Shown piece after piece: positions 8,688-13,652 of a stretch of DNA of 13,652 nt. Position 1 is the first letter of the stretch. Each line of letters starts with the position of its first letter. A program made the position numbers and the translations under genes. Origin of the DNA: Candidatus Dadabacteria bacterium (GTDB taxonomy: Bacteria; Desulfobacterota_D; UBA1144; Nemesobacterales; CSP1-2); the NCBI GenBank assembly GCA_040289575.1, contig PSLL01000006.1, positions 113,764 to 127,415 of the forward strand. The letters are read 5' to 3'. The notes beneath the pieces were generated by a model. The model was not told the origin of the DNA and did not search any database. It saw nothing but the letters and a program-made list of their open reading frames with translations.

Positions 8688-8725
8688 AAAAAAAATCCCT
8701 CGTCTTCGTTGCCAAAAACGAGGGA
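8688..8725 (-). terminator. Intrinsic terminator/attenuator upstream of the small Lys-rich ORF
   Basis: Minus strand UCCCUCGUUUUUG-GCAA-CGAAGACGAGGGA is a 13-bp stem with two G-U pairs and a GNRA tetraloop, followed directly by U8. Confidence 0.8.
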
Positions 8726-8777
8726 GAATCCTTTGCCTTCTCAGTAATCTTAATCTTCATTATCAGATTCTATTAAG

Positions 8778-8806
8778 ACTCTAATTTGTTTTAAAAAGTT
8801 TGTCAA
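8778..8806 (-). promoter_or_regulatory. Putative sigma70 promoter for the leader/small-ORF transcript
   Basis: Minus strand TTGACA (8806-8801), 17 nt, TAGAGT (8783-8778), with AT-rich upstream sequence. Confidence 0.6.
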
Positions 8807-8956
8807 GTGTTTTTCACATTTTTCTACATAATGTTGTGCATGGTGATTTTTTATACACCAAATACTGTGAGTCTAATTTTAAATAATGATTTATCAGTCA
8901 GAACAATAATGGATTGAGGCTCAGAGTAGAAGTCAAATTCTTAGATTTTAACAGAT

Positions 8957-9274
8957 CTAATAAACCTCTATTAAAATGTATATATCGTTGCCTTCTACTT
9001 TTAGTTGATAGGTCTCAACCGACTCATAAGCGGGCATAGAGAGCACCTCGCCTGTTCTCACATTGAATTTTGCCCCATGCCAGGCACAGGTTATAGTCTC
9101 CTCATCGAGAAAGCCATCCGAAAGGGGATAATTCATGTGCGTGCATTCGTCTTTTATGGCATAGAATCTTCCACCCACATTGCATATTGCGATAATCTCG
9201 CCCTCGACTTCAAATGATCTGATCTCTCCGGGAGGGATATCGGATGTTTTTGCCACCTTTTTAAACTCGGCCAT
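8957..9274 (-). CDS. Rieske [2Fe-2S] ferredoxin (dioxygenase ferredoxin-subunit type)
   Basis: 105 aa with Rieske boxes C-T-H (DECTHMNYPL) and C-A-W-H (ITCAWHGAKFNVRTGEV..MPA). Confidence 0.95.
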   Translation of the reverse strand: MAEFKKVAKTSDIPPGEIRSFEVEGEIIAICNVGGRFYAIKDECTHMNYPLSDGFLDEETITCAWHGAKFNVRTGEVLSMPAYESVETYQLKVEGNDIYILIEVY

Positions 9275-9399
9275 TATACAAATAACCTCTCATAATGATT
9301 GTTGTAAACTTTTTGAATGAATCGAATGTAGGATACTATATACTAAGGGTTTAAAAGCCCATAACCAATCTTGTATTCTTTCTATTGCGCCTCAGTGTT

Positions 9400-9852
9400 T
9401 CACTCCGTTGAGATTACCATCTCATCTTCATTCAACGCGGCATTCAGCGTGTGCCATGCTAGGCTGGCACATTTAACGCGATTGGGGAAATTACACACCC
9501 CTGAGAGTGATACTAATTCCCCAAGCTCATTTAGGTCGTCCATTGTGTCCTTCTCCCCGATAAGCATTTTATGAACTCTATCGAAGAGGGCTTTAGCTTC
9601 GGCTATTGTTTTTCCTTTCAAGCTCTCAGTCATCATTGAAGCAGATGCCTTGGAGATTGCACAGCCCGAGCCTTGAAAACTGATTTCTCTAATCACCTCA
9701 TCCTCTAAATACACATAGATAGTGACCTGGTCGCCGCAAAGAGGGTTGTAACCTTCAGCCATGCGGTTTGCCCCTTCGAGCTTCTTAAAGTTACGCGGCT
9801 TCCTATTATGGTCGAATATAATGTCATGGTACAGTTCGCCGAGGTCAAACAT
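9400..9852 (-). CDS. sufU: SUF system NifU-family sulfur-transfer/scaffold protein SufU
   Basis: 150 aa with LYHDIIFDHNRKPRN, NPLCGD, GCAISKASAS and RVKCASLAWH. TAATG overlap with the sufS stop. Confidence 0.93.
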   Translation of the reverse strand: MFDLGELYHDIIFDHNRKPRNFKKLEGANRMAEGYNPLCGDQVTIYVYLEDEVIREISFQGSGCAISKASASMMTESLKGKTIAEAKALFDRVHKMLIGEKDTMDDLNELGELVSLSGVCNFPNRVKCASLAWHTLNAALNEDEMVISTE

Positions 9853-11123
9853 TAACTAAACACCTCAATGACCTTATGGATCGCCTGAACAAGTACATCC
9901 ACTTCCTCTTTTGTGTTATAGAAGGCAAATGACGCCCGGGCAGTAGCCGGCACTCCGAAGCGTTCCATAACTGGCATAGCACAGTGATGGCCAGTGCGGA
10001 TTGCTATCCCATCATAGTCCAATATGGTGCCGATATCATGCGGGTGCACACCGTCAATCACAAAAGACAATATACCGGCCTTCTCTTTTGCCGTTCCAAT
10101 GACCCGCACGCCCTCAATGGCACAAAGCGCATCTGTAGCATAATCAAGCAATTCCCGCTCATAGGCGGCTATTTTCTCCAAACCGATTCTACTTAAGTAA
10201 TCGATTGCAGAGCCGAGCCCTATTACACCAGCAATATGGGGTGTTCCTGCCTCGAATTTATAGGGGAGCACATTGTAGAGGGTTTTCTCAAATGTAACTG
10301 AACGGATCATATCACCACCTCCTTGGTATGGAGGCATTCTCTCAAGAATGTCGGCTTTGCCATAAAGCACGCCAACACCAGTAGGTCCAAAAAGTTTATG
10401 GCTAGAGAAAACATAAAAATCACAATTGAGATTCTGGACATCCACTGTTAGATGAGGCGCCGCTTGCGCTCCGTCAACCAAAACCGGAACATTCCAGCGA
10501 TGTGCCATCTCTATAATCTGCCTGATGGGATTAATCGTGCCAAGGGCGTTTGAGACATGGGCTACCGAAACGAATCTCGTTTTTGTGTTCAGTAGCCTTT
10601 CATATTCATCAATTAACAACTCACCTCTGTCGTTGATAGGGATAACCCGCAGTCTGGCACCAACCTGATCGCACAATATCTGCCATGGAACGATATTTGA
10701 GTGGTGCTCCATTGCAGAGATGATGATTTCATTCCCTGTCTTAATAAATGCCCTGCCATAGCTCTGTGCAACAAGGTTGATACCCTCTGTAGCACCGCGG
10801 ACAAAAATAATCTCTCGAGTATCCGATGCATTGAGAAGGCACTTTACCTTAAGCCGGGCATCCTCATAGGCACGCGTAGCCTGTTCACTTAAGAAGTGGA
10901 TTCCCCTATGAATATTTGAATTTTCCGACGAATAATATCGGACGATTGTATCAATCACAACTTGGGGCTTCTGGCTTGTGGCAGCGTTATCGAGATATAC
11001 CAGAGGCTTGCCTCGAACCTTCTCCCCAAGTATTGGAAAGTCCTGTCTAACCCTTGCAACATCGAAATGGGTCGTCAGATCCTGGCATATCTTTGAAGCG
11101 ACTAAATCGCTGATGGCAGTCAC
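9852..11123 (-). CDS. sufS: Cysteine desulfurase SufS (group II)
   Basis: 423 aa with [31 protein letters not shown] (PLP Lys), FEAGTP and RTGHHCA. GTG start overlaps the sufD TGA (GTGA). Confidence 0.97.
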   Translation of the reverse strand: MTAISDLVASKICQDLTTHFDVARVRQDFPILGEKVRGKPLVYLDNAATSQKPQVVIDTIVRYYSSENSNIHRGIHFLSEQATRAYEDARLKVKCLLNASDTREIIFVRGATEGINLVAQSYGRAFIKTGNEIIISAMEHHSNIVPWQILCDQVGARLRVIPINDRGELLIDEYERLLNTKTRFVSVAHVSNALGTINPIRQIIEMAHRWNVPVLVDGAQAAPHLTVDVQNLNCDFYVFSSHKLFGPTGVGVLYGKADILERMPPYQGGGDMIRSVTFEKTLYNVLPYKFEAGTPHIAGVIGLGSAIDYLSRIGLEKIAAYERELLDYATDALCAIEGVRVIGTAKEKAGILSFVIDGVHPHDIGTILDYDGIAIRTGHHCAMPVMERFGVPATARASFAFYNTKEEVDVLVQAIHKVIEVFS

Positions 11124-12466
11124 GATACACCCTCCGACAATTTCTCCCGATTAAACCACTGCGCAACGATCCCTTCGAGGTGCCTTCGTATCGGCTCGAC
11201 CTTCATGCGCTGAAGATTCTCGTCTGCAAAAGCCAGAAGCAATAGGGCGCGCGCCGATTCTTCTGAAATACCACGAGAGCGCAGATAGAATATTGCGTCT
11301 CTATCCATCTGGCCTATGGTTGCCCCATGTGTACACTTTACGTCGTCGGCGTAGATCTCAAGCTGGGGCTTCGTATCAATCTGAGCCTCATCAGAAAGGA
11401 GCAGATTCTTATTTGTCTGCTTGGCGTCTGTCTTCTGCGCATTCTTATGCACAATGATACGTCCATGAAAAACACCATGGGATTTTCCATCAAGGATACC
11501 CTTATAGAGCTGACGGCTGTTGCAGTGGGGACTTGCGTGTTCAACCCTCATATAATTGTCCATGTGTTGCCGGCCAGTTGACAAGAAAAGACCGTTGACT
11601 ATGCACTCGCCCCCTTCCCCAGCTAAGACCGGATGGACATTGCTTCTGACAAGCGCGCCTCCGATCATCACAGAGTGCGTCACGACATTGCTGCTCCGCC
11701 CCTGTTGAATCCTTAGTGTCGAAATATTAAATGCCTTCCTGCTCTCACGCTCAATAAAGTAGTAGCTCAGCACGCTATTTTCCCCAACTATCGCTTCTGT
11801 AACTACATTTGAGAAATAGACATCGCTTCCCAAAGAAGCGTAGTCCTCCACAATAGTTGCCTGGCTATCCTCATCCATCACAATCAGATTACGGGGATGG
11901 ATTATTAGCGGATCAGCGGTTGGGGTTGATATATACAATATGTGGATTGGTTCTCTGAGTACCGTACTCTTTGTGATATAAACAAATGCTCCGTCATACA
12001 TAAATGCAGTATTGAGAGCGGAAAAGGTATCCCTTTGATAATCAGCGTACTGGGCTAGATGCGGCTCAATCAAGCTTCGATCAGATGTTAGTGCTTGGGC
12101 GAGGCTTGCAATCCTTACACCATTGGGTAGCGGTAACAAATTGGAGAGCTCCGGCGAATATCGGCCATTTACAAAGATAATTTGGCTACACTCCAAACCC
12201 GGAAATACAAATGGATCAAGGTCTTGTGGGACAAGTTCAGCACGACCGTCATTAGGAAGTTGAAACGGGGTTCGGGCAATTGCAGTCACGTTAGTAAATC
12301 GCCAATCCTCATCGCGCGTTGTTGGAAATCCAAGTTCAGAAAATCGGCCAATAGCCGCCTGACGGATTGGATTCAGCCATGCCTGGCCGTTCTGAGCGAC
12401 ATCTTTCTCAAACCGAGCAAAGTTCTCCAAGTAGCTTTTCATGTCTCGCATCACAATGACATTCAT
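11120..12466 (-). CDS. sufD: Fe-S cluster assembly protein SufD
   Basis: 448 aa with [66 protein letters not shown] and [18 protein letters not shown] upstream. Confidence 0.97.
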   Translation of the reverse strand: MNVIVMRDMKSYLENFARFEKDVAQNGQAWLNPIRQAAIGRFSELGFPTTRDEDWRFTNVTAIARTPFQLPNDGRAELVPQDLDPFVFPGLECSQIIFVNGRYSPELSNLLPLPNGVRIASLAQALTSDRSLIEPHLAQYADYQRDTFSALNTAFMYDGAFVYITKSTVLREPIHILYISTPTADPLIIHPRNLIVMDEDSQATIVEDYASLGSDVYFSNVVTEAIVGENSVLSYYFIERESRKAFNISTLRIQQGRSSNVVTHSVMIGGALVRSNVHPVLAGEGGECIVNGLFLSTGRQHMDNYMRVEHASPHCNSRQLYKGILDGKSHGVFHGRIIVHKNAQKTDAKQTNKNLLLSDEAQIDTKPQLEIYADDVKCTHGATIGQMDRDAIFYLRSRGISEESARALLLLAFADENLQRMKVEPIRRHLEGIVAQWFNREKLSEGVS

Positions 12467-12480
12467 ATCTACCTCTCCTG

Positions 12481-13140
12481 TTAAGCGCCTGCCGGTATGG
12501 CGGTCCGGGCATTTTCAACCCAAGCATAACCCCTATTTTCAAGCTCTAGAGCCAGTTCCTTGCCGCCCGACTTGACAATTCGTCCATCAACAAGCACATG
12601 CACATAGTCGGGGATGATATAGTTGAGTAGACGCTGATAGTGGGTGATTACAATAAACGCGCGTTCCTTGCCCCTTAATGCATTAACACCGTTGGCAACG
12701 ATCTTCAATGCATCAATATCGAGACCGGAGTCGGTCTCATCAAGGATACCGAGCTTGGGCTCAAGCACCGCCATCTGGAAGATTTCATTTCGCTTCTTCT
12801 CGCCTCCAGAAAAGCCTTCGTTGACTGAACGCTGCAAGAGTTGTTCATCCATCTCCAGGAGCTTCATCTTTTGATTAACCAATTTGGCAAATTCTACAGG
12901 CTTAAGGGGCTGAAGGCCTCTGTGCTTGCGTATGGCGTTGAGTGCCTCTCTGAGGAAGTAGGTGTTGGTAACACCTGGGATCTCAACCGGATATTGGAAT
13001 GCCATAAATATCCCTTCCCGAGCACGATCCTCTGGACTCATCTCAAGCAGGTTTTTTCCCTGAAAGATTATCTCCCCCTCTGTAACATTATAAGTCTCCC
13101 GACCGGCTAGAACCTGAGCCAGCGTGCTCTTGCCGGAGCC
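12481..13140 (-). CDS. sufC: Fe-S cluster assembly ATPase SufC, from Walker A to the C-terminus (native N-terminus missing; C-terminal part of the chimeric ORF 12481..>13652)
   Basis: GSGKSTLAQVLAGRETY, RAREGIFMAFQYPVEIPGV, RSVNEGFSGGEKKRNEIFQM, LDETDSGLDIDAL, ITHYQRLL and LALELENRGY. Directly upstream of sufD. Confidence 0.93.
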   Translation of the reverse strand, partial: GSGKSTLAQVLAGRETYNVTEGEIIFQGKNLLEMSPEDRAREGIFMAFQYPVEIPGVTNTYFLREALNAIRKHRGLQPLKPVEFAKLVNQKMKLLEMDEQLLQRSVNEGFSGGEKKRNEIFQMAVLEPKLGILDETDSGLDIDALKIVANGVNALRGKERAFIVITHYQRLLNYIIPDYVHVLVDGRIVKSGGKELALELENRGYAWVENARTAIPAGA

Positions 13141-13652
13141 GCTGTGGCCCACCAGGCCGACCAGTTCGCCCGCTTTGACCTTGAACGAGACGTTGTCGAT
13201 CACCGGGTCCGGCGAGTCGCTGCTCTCGTAGCGGAAGGTCACGTTCTTGAACTCGATATTGCCAACGATCTCCCGGTCCGCGGCGTTCGGCTTATCCTTG
13301 ACTTCCGGCTCCGTATCCAGCAGCTCAAAGACGCGCTCGGCGGCGGTGGTGCTTTGCTGGATGCTCTCGTTCATCTCGCAAAGCGCCTGCACCGGCTGGT
13401 AAAACTGCCACATGTAGCTCGTGAAGGCGGTCAGGATGCCCAGCGTCATCGTGCCTTCGATGACCATCTTGCCGCCGAAGTACCAGATGAAGAGCGAGCC
13501 GGTCGCCGTGAGCAGCGTCGTCAGCGGCGAGTAGATCATGGACAGCTTCGTCGCGCGCATGTTGATGCCGAAGTACTTCTGCATGCGCCGGTCGAAGTTT
13601 TCCACCTCGCGGCTCTCCTGCGCGAAGCTCTTCACCACGCGCACGCCGGAGA
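13120..13652 (-). CDS. Fragment of an ABC exporter (MsbA/MdlB-like TMD end plus NBD start), in frame with SufC and 5'-truncated by the window edge
   Basis: SGVRVVKSFAQESRE, GTMTLGILTAFTSYMWQFYQPV, AAERVFELLDTEPEV, GNIEFKNVTFRY, VSFKVKAGELVGLVGHSGSGKST. The frame is open to 13652, so the track's start at 13644 is an internal Val. Sampled lines are 37-39 G+C per 60 nt. Confidence 0.88.

Noticed and set aside
8726..8745. GGCAAA in the leader as a c-di-GMP-I riboswitch, or the leader as a T-box
   Set aside because: The rest of the GEMM consensus and a T-box GGTGG antiterminator bulge are not visible, and the leader is too short for a T-box.
8569..8760. TAG read-through (e.g. pyrrolysine) fusing the leader ORF and the micro-protein
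   Set aside because: TAG is used as a normal stop in this window (yebC, ruvB, rho), and the micro-ORF has its own strong SD.
8594..8776. Plus-strand 60-aa hydrophobic ORF (MLPPFLLPDFLVAFFLVAI...) as a type I toxin-like membrane peptide
   Set aside because: It has a TTG start with no SD, lies just downstream of the rho terminator, and its Phe/Leu richness is the reverse complement of the Lys codons of the minus-strand micro-ORF.
567..13110. The many short ORFs in the track that overlap larger genes (e.g. 567..842, 1014..1328, 2800..3138, 4095..4373, 5225..5515, 7893..8192, 12182..12484, 12841..13110)
   Set aside because: They are antisense or alternate-frame shadows of well-supported genes and show no recognisable motifs.
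9400..13119. suf cluster as a horizontally acquired island
   Set aside because: Sampled GC (23-31 per 60 nt) overlaps that of ruvB and rho (22-30 per 60 nt), and there are no mobility genes or flanking repeats.
13642..13644. GTG at 13644 as the start of a 387-aa protein
   Set aside because: The frame stays open to the window edge (S-G-V-R-V-V-K-S-F), a conserved internal segment of ABC exporter TMDs.

Overview
A bacterial chromosomal window of mostly housekeeping genes, about 40-48% GC in sampled lines. The minus strand carries a partial aldo/keto reductase, a luciferase-like monooxygenase, an A-type Fe-S carrier, a DUF4149-like membrane protein, yebC-ruvC-ruvA-ruvB, an unknown exported or membrane-anchored protein, a Rieske ferredoxin and sufC(D)(S)(U). 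rho is on the plus strand. Three things stand out. (1) An unannotated minus-strand unit at about 8480-8810, convergent with rho: a sigma70-like promoter, a short leader containing a strong intrinsic terminator spanned by a 36-codon ORF, a near-perfect Shine-Dalgarno, and a 26-aa Lys-rich micro-protein (MATKKKATKKSGSKKGGSKKGGTKKK). (2) The last ORF is a chimera: a GC-rich (about 60%) ABC-exporter fragment joined in frame to SufC at the Walker A codons (13120-13141). A mis-assembly is the most likely cause; a real recombination event is less likely. (3) The ruvA-ruvB spacer holds a palindromic element and a 10-nt periodic repeat. I found no rRNA, tRNA, CRISPR array or transposase. All calls come from reading the sequence and recognising motifs; no database searches were run.
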